DNA of 64,000 nucleotides from an uncultured Verrucomicrobiae bacterium (GCA_963813025.1 CAWEXO010000003.1:22607-86606); one strand, 5' to 3'. Positions 45,897 through 57,575 are shown, counted from the stretch's first letter. Numbers and translations: made by a program. Notes: generated by a model from the letters alone, not told the origin.

Positions 45897-46391
45897 ACTA
45901 GTCACCTGTCCGCTAAATACATATATTATCCGTCAGTCGCGACTGCCCAGGCTTTATTGATCTTACGGAGCACTTCTGCGCCGTCCGCTCGCCACACGTA
46001 GCGTTTGGCCCTTAGATTATGTTGGGCGAGGTAAGCGTCGATCGCCTCGATCAGGACCCGAACGTTCTCAAAGCTTCCTCCTACAATAGCTTGCTGGGTA
46101 AGGTCCCGGAAAAAACGCTCGACCAAGTTGAGCCAAGAAGCGCTGGTTGGAGTAAAATGCAGGTGAAAGCGTCGATGGCGTGCCAGCCAGGCTTTCACCT
46201 TGGGATGCTTGTGGGCGGAGTAGTTATCGACAAGGAGATGTAACCCAACCTGGGGCGGAGTCTGCTCATCGATGTGTTTAAGAAAGCGCAACCACTCTCG
46301 ATGAGTGTGACGCCGATCGGTGCGCGCGATGATCTTGCCTTGGAGATAATCGAGAGCTGCAAACAGCGTGACGGTACCGTGGCGGTAATAG
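45897..46391 (-). pseudogene. IS630-family transposase 3' fragment
   Basis: YYRHGTVTLFAAL, LLVDNYSAHKHP, FTPTSASWLNLVERFF; truncated at the TIR of the neighbouring element. Confidence 0.9.
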
Positions 46392-46546
46392 TGTAGCGAT
46401 GCGCGCTATTTCCGGAAACGGGAAGCAGATTGAGCCCGGAAGGGGTGAGAAAGTTTCCGGTTTGAGCGTGAGTACAGCGACGAGGTTATCGCGGCCGATA
46501 GTTTTGTCGTGGCTGTAAGGAGAGAGTGGAGCTACAACCCCGGGGC

Positions 46547-47103
46547 ATGCAGAGGATAGTGAAGCTTGGGTGGAGTCCGGAACAGTACGCCGAAAAAGGA
46601 CTGGAACGGACCATTGGCCGGCCGGCAGAGTGTCCCAATTGCACGAAGAGCCAGCTGGAAGCACATGGTTACTATCAACGCTGGATCAGCGCGATGGGTG
46701 AAGTTGGGAAATTAATGCAGATTCGGGTGCGGCGTTTTTTTGCCACGGCTGCCGGCGCACCGTGAGTCTGTTGCCGAGTTTTGCGCTCTCCTATCGGCTG
46801 CTGCACACGGGCCTGGTGGAACGTTTTTTTGCGGGTCAAGAGCTCACGCCAGCTGAACGGCGGTGGGAGGAGCTTTTGAAGCGTTACCGGCAGCGAGTGC
46901 AACAGTTCAGCCCGAAACTACTGGCCCTGGTTGGCCTGGGCTTTGGCCTGGCGCCGCCGCCGCCAGGCGAAGTGGGTAAGCTGACCGATTGGCTTACCAG
47001 ACTCTGTGGCGGATTAGGTCCCGCCACAGAGCAATTGGTCAACCGATGGGCGGTAACCCTCTTCGGTCTCAATCGTTGTCACCAGCGGATGGCTGACAGC
47101 TAA
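46547..47103 (+). CDS. Zn-finger transposon accessory protein (DUF6431-like), frameshifted
   Basis: CPNC...HGYYQR...RVRRF then a second Cys pair and TVSLLPSF after the frameshift. Confidence 0.7.
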
Positions 47104-47206
47104 AAACTCCGGAAAAAGAGCGTCTTTGGCAAGAAGAGCTTTGCCCACACAACCAAATAATGGCTCGACTTGGGAGGGTGCGCTAGCTGTCGGTGCGCGA
47201 AGCAAA

Positions 47207-48458
47207 ATGACGACTTATCGGGAACGAGCCGGCGAGCCTTGCTGCGACACAGCGCGGTCAGTTGGATTGAACAGTGCCGGAACCAGGGACACGGCTTTGG
47301 CGAGTGCGTCAAAAAAGCCGCGGAATTGGACTGGGCAGGACGGTTTTTTTCGCCGCGGACCTTGGAGGATTGGTATTACGCCCATCGCCACGGTGGTTTT
47401 CGCCGACTGCAAGGGCAGCGCCGCAACGACGCTGGGACCCTGCGCGCATTGGACCCCCAAGTAGCACAAGGCCATCCTGGAGTTACGCCAAAACCAGCCG
47501 CGCTTAACGGTGACGGCGATTTTGGAACGACTAACAGGCCAAGGTCTCATCGAACCGGGTAATGGGTGCAGCCGCTCGACCGTTTACCGCTTCTTGCAAC
47601 GCCAGGGGCTGGATCGACAACGTCTGCGGGCGATCGTCAACGAAGCGGGAGGTCCGAGCAAAGCCTGGGAAAGCGAAGCACCCAATGCGTTGTGGATGGC
47701 CGATGTCATGGACGGACCCAGTCTCAAAAGCAATGCCAAAGGTGGCGCCCAGCGTACTTGGTTGATTGCCACATTGGACGATCACAGTCGCTTGATCCCT
47801 CATGCGCAGTTTTACGCTCAGCCCAAAATTACGCAGTTACTGGACTGTCTGCGGCGAGGTTTTGAGCGCCGGGGACTACCGGAGGCCCTCTATACTGATC
47901 AAGGCAAGATCTTCACCGGCAGCCAGCTCAAATTAGTCTGTGCCAATTTGGGGATCCGATTGCTGCACGCCCCGGCCTTATGCGGCCTGGAGCAAAGGAA
48001 AAATCGAACGCTTCTTCCGCACCCTCCAGGAATCGTTTTTGCCACAATTGAAATTTGAGCCGGCCAGCGATCTGGAGCAACTCAACCGCCGACTTTGCCA
48101 TTGGATCGAGAACCACTATCACAACCGAGCACACGCGGGCCTTGGGGGTAAAACGCCGCGGGAACGTTTTGGCCCGGTGCGGATGCGTCTTTTACCGGAA
48201 AACTGGCAGACGCTCTTTTACGAGCGCATCAGCCGCCGGGTGCGCTTGGATGCAACCGTCTCACTGGAAGGCCAGCTCTGGGAGGTGCCGGTCCACTTGC
48301 GTGGCCAAGCGATCCAATTATTGCGTGATCCGTTCGATCCTGAGCGGATCGAAGTCTGGTGCCAGGGCGCTCTGTGCGGACGAGCTACCCGCTGTGACAA
48401 GATACTCAACAATCACTTCTCCAGTAATAACTATGAAGCCCGCCAGCGCCGCCGATAA
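47207..48458 (+). CDS. DDE transposase (rve/Mu-like) with HTH and C-terminal beta domain, frameshifted
   Basis: WMADVMDGP, LDDHSR, LYTDQGKIF, KGKIERFFRT, RRVRLDATVSLEG. Confidence 0.88.
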
Positions 48459-49294
48459 TCTTCCCCTGGCCTTCAAGAGCTTATGGGGAGCCAGCGCGAT
48501 CCCTTTTTGCGCTGGCGCCAAACCCGCCTTTGAACCTCCACACTTTGAGGCCCTCTGCGCTCGACTTGCTCAACTCTGTGCGCTCGGTTCCAGCGGAGTG
48601 CTGCACGGCTCCAACGGCAGCGGCAAAAGCTATCTGATCAATCATCTACTAAGCGTACGATTATCGGAAAAACAGTTCAAGATCTTGGTCTTAACCCATT
48701 CCTCGCTCACGGGGAGCGATCTGTTACGAGCGCTCTGTTTACTGCTCGAAATCCAACCCAAGTTCCGGCGTAGCGACAATGTCGCCGCCATTACCCAAGC
48801 CTGGAAAGAACTGGGAAATCGCTGGCCGGTGGTGATCCTCGAAGAAGCTCAAAATCTCTCGGCCGTTGCTCTCGAAGAGCTGCGATTACTCTCCTGTTGC
48901 CCGGCTCGACACGGTTCCTTTTAGCCTCATTTTAATCGGTGACAGTTCGCTGTTGCCTAAACTCAAACTAGGCGTCCACGCTCCCCTGCGCAGCCGGCTC
49001 GGCTACTGTCTGGAACTCACACCCTTCGATGCCCAACTCGCTCGTCAATACATCGAACACTCCTTGCGCAGTGCCAGCATTCACCTCAACCCCTTCCAGC
49101 CCGATGCGCTCGAACTCTTGATCCAGGCCAGCGGCGGACTGGCCCGTACCATCAATCACTTGGCCCAACGTGCGATGGAAGCCGCGGCCAGCAGCGGCAG
49201 TCTCGAAGTCAGCGCCGCTCACGTCCAGGCCGCAATCGATCGGCTCCCGTGGCTTGTTAACTTGTTGCAGCACCATGACAGAACCCAGCCCTAA
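48433..49294 (+). CDS. ExeA/TniB-like AAA+ ATPase, frameshifted
   Basis: Walker A GSNGSGKS, Walker B VILEEAQ, LILIG, SGGLARTIN. Confidence 0.88.
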
Positions 49295-49691
49295 AATCCG
49301 CTTGCCGGCAATCCGTCAACTCCATCAGCTCTACTGTCGAACGACCGGGCAAAATCTTATTCTGCGCCTCGACCGCGAGCGGCTCTGGTACGAGTTCCTC
49401 CAGGCCGGCTTTAATGCGGCGGACTTGCAGCGCGTCCTGACTTATCTACAAAAAGAGATCTGCGCCGCCCGCCGCAACATCGGCGCACTTAAACTGTCCA
49501 ATCTCCTGCAGCTCGATCGCTTTGAGGAAGACCTCAATATCAGTCGCGCGCGACTCCGTATCCCAGTCACACGCTCCCTTCCACCAGCCGCAGCAAACCT
49601 GCCCCCGCCGACCGACCTACCACAACCACAACCCAATCAAATCCTCAACCAACTCCGAGACCTTCGGTGCCAGCTCCGGCGCGGCTCCTAG
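49275..49691 (+). CDS. Hypothetical protein inside the transposon
   Basis: 138-aa ORF overlapping the ATPase stop and ending before the right TIR. Confidence 0.65.
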   Translation: MTEPSPKIRLPAIRQLHQLYCRTTGQNLILRLDRERLWYEFLQAGFNAADLQRVLTYLQKEICAARRNIGALKLSNLLQLDRFEEDLNISRARLRIPVTRSLPPAAANLPPPTDLPQPQPNQILNQLRDLRCQLRRGS

Positions 49692-49786
49692 AGCTTCTTG
49701 ATCACCACACCGTTCCTTCCAAACACTGTCAAAAATCCGTCGCTTTTAATTTGAGAAAAGTTCCGGAAATAACGTGCTCCGTTACA

Positions 49787-50237
49787 ACCTTTTACCGGCT
49801 GCCTAAAGAACACCATAAACACCTCAAGAGCACCAACGTGCTCGAACGGCTTAACCAGGAGCTCAAACGCCGGACCCAGGTCATCCGCATCTTTCCTCAT
49901 CCCGAGAGCTGTCTGCGGCTGGTCCGAGCCTTGGCGGTCGAAATCCACGAGGCTTGGCTCGAAAGTCCCCGCTACCTCAACATGGAGCCTTTAGCCGAAC
50001 AGAAAAAGAGCCAGCTCCGCGGTTTGGATTTAGCCGCCGCCTAACTAAAGCCATGAAACCCCAAGGCATTTGGAAAGTGCGGCCTGACGGCCGGGTGCTC
50101 TTGGGGGCGCTGCCCCCAAACCCCCGGTTCGGGGGGAACAGTCAGCTAGCGCCAGATGGAAAACTCAAAGCCCTAAATCAACCCGATCATTCCAGCCCTA
50201 CCGAATTTCCCTTTTGTTGAACTTGACGCACACAACT
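49787..50237 (+). mobile_element. 3' fragment of a second IS256-family element
   Basis: TFYRLPKEHHKHLKSTNVLERLNQELKRRT..IRIFP; terminal ...AACTTGACGCACACAAC. Confidence 0.85.
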
Positions 50238-50339
50238 GGCAAAATTTGAGCGGCAAGCGGACCGGTTCCGGGCGCAGCGCTTTCCGAGCGTGCCCGCGCG
50301 GCGGCGCGCAGCACACGGCCAAGCGGTGGTACCCTTCAA

Positions 50340-50511
50340 AAACTGACCGATATCCCGGTGGACGCTCTCCGAACGCGGGAGTGATCGGGCCTGCTGATGC
50401 GATTAAGCTCGCCATCCCTAACCGTGACAGAAAGGTGCGGCGAGAGGATTTTCCAAATTCGAAGCGGCTCTCCGCTTCAGGCTTTTCGTCATTCTCGCTT
50501 TGATCGGACAT
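50340..50511 (-). pseudogene. N-terminal fragment of a Tat-exported protein
   Basis: SSRRTFLSRLG twin-arginine motif; the frame then runs into unrelated sequence. Confidence 0.45.
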
Positions 50512-50752
50512 CCAAAACTCCGCTAAGGTCTCGGTATGAAACAGCGGTTCAATGCGAACTCTGCCGGTAAAGTGGTCGGCCGGTGCTTCCGTGGGCGGCT
50601 GCGAACCACGTCGTTGATTTCAATACGCGACTCCTGTTTCTCGGCGACGCCGTCTTGGGCGCGGAGAATTGCGGGCCAGGCGAGCACAATGACACCACCG
50701 GCTTTCACTAACGTCCCGCAAGAAGCAGGAATAAAATTGTACTCCGCGTGGC

Positions 50753-51787
50753 TCAGGGCTTGACCATGACCTTGATCGCTTCCCGGTCGTTCATCGCCCG
50801 GTAGCCGGCTGGCACTTCGTCGAGCCCGATGACGCGGTCGAAGACGCGGCCAGGCTCGATCCTTCCCTCAAGGACATCCGGCAAAAGCTCCTCGATGTAG
50901 GCGCGGACCGGGGCAGGGCCGCCGCTCACGGTGACATTGTTGTAGAATGCCGGCTGGGATGCGGGCATCAGCTCGTGCTGGGGAACGCCAACGCGGCCGA
51001 CTGCGCCGCCCGGACGGGCGATACTGATCGCGGTGAGCATCGACTCGTCGAGGCCGACGCACTCGAGAACAGAGTGGACGCCAAACCCGCCGGTCAACTC
51101 GCGCACGCGCTCGACTGCCTCGGCGCCTCGCTCGCTCACGACGTCTGTTGCGCCGAATTCCCTGGCGAGCGCGATCCGATCGGCATGCCGTCCGAGCATG
51201 ATGATCTGCTCGGCCCCGAGACGCCGTGCGGCGATCACGCCACACAAACCGACGGCGCCGTCCCCGACAACGGCCACTGTCTCGCCCGGCGCTACCTTCG
51301 CGGCAATCGCGGCATGATGGCCAGTGCCCATTACGTCCGATAGCGTGAGAAGCGAGGGCATCAGCGCGTCGTCCTTGCCGACCGGCAGGACGAAGAGTGT
51401 TCCGTCCGCCTGCGGGATACGCACTGCTTCGGCCTGTGCTCCGGCGAGCTCAGTCGTGCCGAAGAACCCGCCGTGGATGCACGAGGTCTGCAATCCTTCA
51501 TGGCAGAAGATGCAATTGCCGTCGGAGTAGGCGAACGGCATGACAACGAGATCACCGGCTTTGATCGTGCCAACGTCGGCTCCGACGGCTTCGACGATGC
51601 CGATCGCCTCGTGTCCCATGACACGACCGCTATCGGTATGTTCCATCGTCTTGTATGGCCAGAGATCGCTGCCGCAGATGCAGGCGCGGGTGACGGTGAC
51701 GACCGCGTCGGTTGGCTCGATAAGGCGGGCGTCGGGGACGTTTTCGATACGAATGTCGCCGGCGCCGAACATGACAGTTGCGCGCAT
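50753..51787 (-). CDS. Zinc-dependent alcohol dehydrogenase (MDR family)
   Basis: CICGSDL, GHEAIG, C..C.....C Zn site, GDGAVG. Confidence 0.93.
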   Translation of the reverse strand: MRATVMFGAGDIRIENVPDARLIEPTDAVVTVTRACICGSDLWPYKTMEHTDSGRVMGHEAIGIVEAVGADVGTIKAGDLVVMPFAYSDGNCIFCHEGLQTSCIHGGFFGTTELAGAQAEAVRIPQADGTLFVLPVGKDDALMPSLLTLSDVMGTGHHAAIAAKVAPGETVAVVGDGAVGLCGVIAARRLGAEQIIMLGRHADRIALAREFGATDVVSERGAEAVERVRELTGGFGVHSVLECVGLDESMLTAISIARPGGAVGRVGVPQHELMPASQPAFYNNVTVSGGPAPVRAYIEELLPDVLEGRIEPGRVFDRVIGLDEVPAGYRAMNDREAIKVMVKP

Positions 51788-51917
51788 GGTGATTTACCTC
51801 CGGTTTTCGCCGGACTCGGCAGCCCCGCTGATGACGATGACTTTTGCTTCGATGTTATTGTTCATAATTCTGTTGGGTTAAGTGATCGCGGCTCCTGAGC
51901 GGTTGAATGTTTTTGTT

Positions 51918-52403
51918 CTACTCATGCATTACCTCGATCTTGACCTCCGCAGAGCTGGGCACGTTGAAAGCATCCACGCCGGAATCCAATTTGCCGATGA
52001 CGATGATGCCCGGCTTGGGAATCTTCTCGCCGTCATGCTGATAGTAGATGGCTACGTCAGGGCCGGGAGACCAGTAGGCGATGTCTCCGACTTCGTATGT
52101 GTCCGTCCGCTTCCCTTCAGTCGAGATCGCTCGCGGCAGGTGAGCGAACTTTTCCCTGCCGAACAGATCGTTCATCGTCAGCGTCAAAGGCAACAGGGAA
52201 ACGAAGTCCTGCGCGGTTTTGCTGCCGATCAAAGTGCCTGTAAGTGCCCTGTTTCCGATTCTTAGTCTGATCTTCATATTGTCTCCGTGCGTTGTCGTAG
52301 TGTTATCCCCGCCACACGCCGCCTGACTAAGGGCCATAGCCGACACGAGGGCCAAAAGAATATGTCTCGTCATCGTTTGTCTCCCTTCAGCTTTCGTCAT
52401 CAC
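51918..52403 (-). CDS. Cyclophilin-like fold protein, possible lipoprotein
   Basis: [17 protein letters not shown]...EK...LP...[16 protein letters not shown] lipobox-like motif. Confidence 0.8.
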   Translation of the reverse strand: MMTKAEGRQTMTRHILLALVSAMALSQAACGGDNTTTTHGDNMKIRLRIGNRALTGTLIGSKTAQDFVSLLPLTLTMNDLFGREKFAHLPRAISTEGKRTDTYEVGDIAYWSPGPDVAIYYQHDGEKIPKPGIIVIGKLDSGVDAFNVPSSAEVKIEVMHE

Positions 52404-53161
52404 CGTGCGGTGTATCCGCCATCGACAACGAGCGCGTGGCCGATCACGAAGCTTGCGCCAGGGCTACACAGCCAAAGAACGGCAGAGGCGATCTCCTCCG
52501 GCCGACCGAGTCGCCCGATTGGCTGGTCTTTTAAGATATCTTTCATGACGTCTGGTTCCTTAGCCAACATGTTCGTAACCATCGGCGTATCGATCGTTCC
52601 CGGGCACACCGCATTGATGCAAATTCCTCGGGAGGCATATTCGAGCGCAGCGCTCTTCGTCAGCCCTATCACTCCGTGCTTGGATGCATGGTAGGCTGCG
52701 CGGCCGGCGATACCGATCAGACCGCCAATCGAAGAGTTGTTGACGATCGCGCCGCTTCCTTGCTCGCGCATCTGGCGGAGCTCGTATTTCATGCAGTTCC
52801 AGACGCCTCGCAGATTGATCCCATTCACGCGGTCGAATTCTTCGCCGCTAACGTCAGCCATTTCCACGGCAGGAGACTGAATGCCGGCGTTGTTGAACGC
52901 CGCATCGAGGCGACCAAAGGCGGATACAGTCTGCGCGACCATCGCTGCTACTTCAGCCTCGTCGGCGACATTGCACCGGATGGCAATCGCCTTGTGTCCG
53001 GCGGAGACGAGTTCTTCTGCTGCAGAGCGAACCGCATTCTCGTTGACGTCTGCCAGCGCCACCGCAGCTCCCGCCTTCGCGAAGGCTCTAGCGGTCACCA
53101 GACCCATGCCAGAGCCCGCGCCAGTGATGAGGGCGACTTTGTTTTCAAAAGATGAGTTCAT
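52400..53161 (-). CDS. SDR oxidoreductase
   Basis: [17 protein letters not shown]. Confidence 0.93.
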   Translation of the reverse strand: MNSSFENKVALITGAGSGMGLVTARAFAKAGAAVALADVNENAVRSAAEELVSAGHKAIAIRCNVADEAEVAAMVAQTVSAFGRLDAAFNNAGIQSPAVEMADVSGEEFDRVNGINLRGVWNCMKYELRQMREQGSGAIVNNSSIGGLIGIAGRAAYHASKHGVIGLTKSAALEYASRGICINAVCPGTIDTPMVTNMLAKEPDVMKDILKDQPIGRLGRPEEIASAVLWLCSPGASFVIGHALVVDGGYTAR

Positions 53162-53192
53162 ATGTGTGATGTGGTTTGATATGATCGTCGGG

Positions 53193-53954
53193 CTACGGCA
53201 CGGTCTGCCCGCCGTCCACGACCATGGCATGCCCCACAACGAAGGAGGCCGCGTCGGAACACAGCCAGAGCACGGCCGCAGCGATCTCTTCGGGATTCCC
53301 CATCCGCCCGATCGGCTCCTGCGCGATGACTCGTGCCCGTCCCTCCGGGGTAGCCCCGGTGAACCGCTCCATCATCGGGGTCTCGATGATCCCGGGGCAG
53401 ACCGCGTTAACTCGGATGTTTGATTCGGCGTAGTCCAGTGCCGCAACCTTGGTGAGACCAATAACTCCGTGCTTGGCCGCGGTGTAGGCGGCCTGCCCCT
53501 TGACGCCGATGACACCGGCGCCCGAGGAGGTGTTCACGATTGCGCCGCCCCCGTACTTGAACAACAGCGGAATCTCGTATTTGATGCACAAGAAGACGCC
53601 ACGCAGATTGATTGCGACGATCCGATCCCACTCATCCTCAGCGATGTCGGTTGTGGCCCCAATAGGTTGTTCGATCCCCGCGTTGTTGAACGCGACGTCG
53701 AGTCGCCCAAACGCTTCGACCGTCCGGTCCAGAGCTGCCTTCACGTCCTCACTGCGTGTCACATCACACTTGACGGCGAGTGCGCGACCACCGAGGTCCT
53801 CGATCAGACGAGCCGTCTCTTGGTTGCCCGCTTCGGCAATGTCGGCGACCACTACGCTAGCGCCCTCGCGCGCGAACGCCATTGCTGTCGCGCGACCAAT
53901 GCCGCTCGAAGCGCCGGTAACGAATGCGACTTTGTTTTGAAAAGATAAGTTCAT
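53193..53954 (-). CDS. SDR oxidoreductase
   Basis: [17 protein letters not shown]; paralogue of the adjacent SDR. Confidence 0.93.
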   Translation of the reverse strand: MNLSFQNKVAFVTGASSGIGRATAMAFAREGASVVVADIAEAGNQETARLIEDLGGRALAVKCDVTRSEDVKAALDRTVEAFGRLDVAFNNAGIEQPIGATTDIAEDEWDRIVAINLRGVFLCIKYEIPLLFKYGGGAIVNTSSGAGVIGVKGQAAYTAAKHGVIGLTKVAALDYAESNIRVNAVCPGIIETPMMERFTGATPEGRARVIAQEPIGRMGNPEEIAAAVLWLCSDAASFVVGHAMVVDGGQTVP

Positions 53955-53991
53955 TTCGAATTGTTGTTTCAGAGTATGATGCTGTTTGTTG

Positions 53992-54387
53992 TTACTTGCG
54001 GTATTGCTGGTCGCTGACCTTTTCCATCCAGTCCACGACCTTGCCGTTCGAGCGCCTCTTGAGTAGCGATGTGTGTCATGGCTGTCGTTAGTGCAGCGCC
54101 ATGCCAATGTTTCAATCCTGGCGGAAACCAGACCACATCACCGGGCCTGATTTCTTCGATCGGCCGCCCTCGCGCTGCACCCAACCCACGTCTGATGTGA
54201 CAATGAGGGTCTGACCAAGCGGATGCGTGTGCCACGCTGTGCGAGCGCCCGGCTCGAACGTCACACTCGCGCCGGCGGCGCGTGCTAGAGCATTTGCCTG
54301 GAAAAGCGGGTCGATTCGAACCGTTCCGGTGAACCAATCGGCGGGACCTTTGCTGGACGGTTGTGTCCCAACTCTTTTGATTTCCAT
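53992..54387 (-). CDS. Cupin-domain protein, frameshifted
   Basis: [48 protein letters not shown]. Confidence 0.88.
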
Positions 54388-54508
54388 CTCTAACTCCTTC
54401 GGTTGAATTGCCGATGCGGTCGCTTGGGCGAGGAGGATCGCCGGGAGGAACGAGCGCGGCAGCTCCGGTGGCTTTCAGGAATGTGCGGCAGAGGAGTGGC
54501 ATAGAATG

Positions 54509-55785
54509 TCAGCCGGCGGCCTTCGTGGAAGCCATGTCGATGACAAAGCGGTAACGCACGTCCTTGCTCACGACGCGTTCGTATGCTCGGTTGATCTCCT
54601 CGGGGCGGATCAATTCAATCTCTGCCTTGATGTTGCGGGCCGCGCAGTAGTCTATGACCTCTTGAGTCTCGGCAATGCCTCCGATCATTGATCCCGCAAG
54701 ACTCTTCCGGCCGAGCACCAGATCAATGCCGTTGACGCCCTGAAACTGCTCCATGGCACCGACGTTGACCAGGGTCGCGTCAAGTTTCAGGACGTTCACG
54801 AATTGCTGCATCGGGTAGGCCTGGGGCACGGTGGAGATCAGCAGATCGAATTGGTTGACGAGTCGCTTCATCGCCGCCACGTCGCTCCACAGAACTGCTT
54901 CCCGCGCGCCCAACCGTTGTGCATCCGCAACTTTACCGGGGGAGGTGGTGAAGACGGTGACATCCGCTTTGCGCGCCACAGCCAATTTCACCGCCATGTG
55001 ACCCAAGCCGCCGAGCCCGATCACGCCCACGCGCTGGCCCCTCGCGAGCTTCCAGTGCTGCATCGGCGAGAAGGTCGTGATGCCAGCGCATAGCAGTGGC
55101 GCTGTCGCCGCAAGATCGACGCCTGGCGGAATACGGATCACGAAATGCTCGGGGACGACGATCTTATCCGAATAACCGCCGAAGGTGTGCCCGCCTGTTG
55201 CAGGGTCGGGCGAATTGTAGGTAAAGGTGGCTTCTTTGAGGCAATTCTGCTCGCGATCAGCGCGCGCCGGAGCTTTGTTTTGTCCGCAGCATAAAACATG
55301 AGAAATCCACCTAGGCAGTTCTCGCAGGTGCCGCAGGAATTGACCATGCAGCCCACGCCGCCGATATCGCCAACTCTAAACTTAGTTACCGCGCTGCCCA
55401 CCGCCTGCACCTGACCGATGAACTCGTGGCCCGGGACACACGGATACCGGGTCGGATTCCACGATGCCCATTCATCGCGCGCCTGATGGATATCGGAGTT
55501 GCAAATGCCGCAGTAGAGCACATCGAGCAGCACGTCGTTTGCACCGATGGCACGGCGCTCGATCTCCATCGCTCCCAGAGGGCTGGTGGCGCTGCCCGCA
55601 CCCCAGGCGCGGACCGAAAACGGATTTTTGCCGACGGGCGTATCCGTCCGTGCGGCGGGTGCGCCGGCGGCCGCACGCGTCAGCCACGGCGCTGCAACCA
55701 ACCCCATCCCCGCGACAAGGAATTTACGGCGGTCCGGCATGGCGGGGCCGTGATCGACATTGGGTTCATTGAATTGATCGTTCAT
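54509..55785 (-). pseudogene. NAD(P)-dependent Zn alcohol dehydrogenase (CAD/YahK-like) disrupted by a 50-bp insert
   Basis: CGICNSD, PGHE, GVGCMVNSCGTC, APLLCAGIT, GLGGLGHM, RYRFVID; foreign sequence at 55262-55311 shifts the frame. Confidence 0.88.
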
Positions 55786-55923
55786 ACGTGTCTGTGTGAT
55801 GCGGTGGTCGAGCGCCAGAACCAGTTTCCGGCGCGACGTTATCATTGCGCATCCCACGCAGTGTTTCTCGCCCGATCGTGCTTGGCTTAGCCCGATCTTG
55901 CGGAAAAAGAAGTGTCGGCCTTT

Positions 55924-56829
55924 TCAGAGGGAGCTACGGAATTCGGTGGGCGTCACGCCCGTGACGCGCCGAAAGACTTTCGTGAAATAGCTTGGACTCG
56001 TGTAGCCGACCTCCAGGCCAATATCGATAAGGCTGCGGCGGGTTTCGCGGATGAGCTGCTGCGCGTGGGTAATCCGCTCTCGCGTCACAAACTGTAGCGG
56101 CGACATCCCCGTTGCATGCTTGAACACGCGGGAAAAGTGGAAGGGACTCAAGTCCACCAGCTCGGCCAAGGCTTCAACGGAAATATCCTCAGCGAACCGC
56201 TCATGCACGTAGTCCTCTACCTTACGGAGCTGCCGAATCGGCAAGCCACCACGGAAGTCGGGCTTCTCTGAGGTGACGTCCGTGTATTTCTCCACGAGAA
56301 ATGAAGCGATAAGCCTCGTAAGATCAGCTACGCGTTTGGACTTACCGAGCGTCCCTGCGGAAAGCATCTCGGCGCACGCAAAGCAGAGGTAAGCGAGCGC
56401 TTGATCGCGTCCGAAAAAGTCGATCACGTCCACCTCGTAAGCCTTGCCTGGATACACCGCTTCCAAAGACGCAAGCCAGTGATCGACCGCAACGTGGACT
56501 TGGATGATTTCAAGCTCTTCGCCGACACGCGAACTGTGGCGCACTTCGTAGGGCGTCTTCGAGCGGGTGACAAAGATGTCACCGCGCCCGATCTGTCGCT
56601 TCACCCAGGTCTCGCCAAGCTCGCGCTCCCGGAACTCCGCTGAGCCCGCGAGGCCGCAGGAGATCAACGGCTCGGGAGTGGCGGGCACGAGGAATCGATC
56701 CACCACGCGTGGAAACCGATAGCGCCGCACATAAAGTCCCGGCCATTGGAGAGAGGCGCTGTCGGCCAGCACCTCGCCAGCCGCATACCGAGGAAATGCC
56801 GCCGCGGTCGTTCGGTCGGGGGTCTTCAC
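55924..56829 (-). CDS. AraC-family transcriptional regulator
   Basis: C-terminal double HTH: LSPFHFSRVFK...IGLEVGYTSPSYFTKVFRRVTGVTP. Confidence 0.95.
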   Translation of the reverse strand: MKTPDRTTAAAFPRYAAGEVLADSASLQWPGLYVRRYRFPRVVDRFLVPATPEPLISCGLAGSAEFRERELGETWVKRQIGRGDIFVTRSKTPYEVRHSSRVGEELEIIQVHVAVDHWLASLEAVYPGKAYEVDVIDFFGRDQALAYLCFACAEMLSAGTLGKSKRVADLTRLIASFLVEKYTDVTSEKPDFRGGLPIRQLRKVEDYVHERFAEDISVEALAELVDLSPFHFSRVFKHATGMSPLQFVTRERITHAQQLIRETRRSLIDIGLEVGYTSPSYFTKVFRRVTGVTPTEFRSSL

Positions 56830-57110
56830 AGCAGCAATTGAACGCGTGTATCACGATGAACGCTACCAGAAATGGCGTCCGGAGTGCAGCGGCCCTCGTT
56901 GGCCATTCGGTGTCGCCGGCGCCTTCCGGTATGCGCCGCTGTCGACGCAACCGAGCACCGTCAAACCAACGCACGTCAAAAATAGTTGCAGACGTTGTAA
57001 TTGAGACCCGACTGGCGCAACTAGGCTAGGCTCTGTTCTTCCGGGCTTAGCTAACTTCCCGGCCAATCGGATGTAAGCGTCTAAGCAACCGCACCTGATC
57101 ATCGCCTGAA

Positions 57111-57575
57111 TTGTTTGTGCTGCACTTGCTGGATGGCAAGACGGTGCGAAAAAGCCTTATGGAACCCCAAGAAGATGCTATCGTTGATATCCCCAAAGAC
57201 CGCGTAAAATTCTTTGGTGGTACCGGAAAAATGCTGTTACCAAGTCGTGCGACCGTGGCAGCCCTGATAAAGAAAATCCCTGAGAGCAAACTCATTACGA
57301 CCAAGCTGCTTTGTAAGGAACTCGCTGATCAATTCAAGGTGCGAGGGACTTGTCCTGTTACGACCCAAAAGGCTCTCCAAGCGATCGCTTGTGACTCAAG
57401 CAAAAATATCGCTTACTGGCGGGTGATAAATGCGAACGGAGGGCTAATCGCTCGGTTTCCTGGCGGCGCAGCCGGTCAGGCAGCACTATTGGAAGAAGAG
57501 GGTTTCACCATCGACACAGAAGGGAAAATACCAAAGGTAAAAGGCTTCAAAGAAAGCCTCGTTCGCTTTGATTAG
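57111..57575 (+). CDS. MGMT/alkyltransferase-like DNA-binding protein
   Basis: KKIPESKLIT...AYWRVINANG; the active-site PCHR is replaced, as in ATL-type proteins. Start codon uncertain. Confidence 0.7.
   Translation: MFVLHLLDGKTVRKSLMEPQEDAIVDIPKDRVKFFGGTGKMLLPSRATVAALIKKIPESKLITTKLLCKELADQFKVRGTCPVTTQKALQAIACDSSKNIAYWRVINANGGLIARFPGGAAGQAALLEEEGFTIDTEGKIPKVKGFKESLVRFD

Larger units (their letters stand above)
46392..49786 (+). mobile_element. Four-gene TGT...ACA transposon (Zn-finger ORF, DDE transposase, ExeA-like ATPase, small ORF)
   Basis: 26-bp TIRs TGTAGCGATGCGCGCTATTTCCGGAA and (reverse complement) TGTAACGGAGCACGTTATTTCCGGAA, 21/26 identical, enclosing four co-oriented ORFs. Confidence 0.88.

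Noticed and set aside
46392..49786. CRISPR-associated or Tn7-type transposon; type II secretion ExeA
   Set aside because: No cas genes, array, recognisable TnsA/TniQ or secretion genes; the ATPase lies within TIRs next to a DDE transposase.
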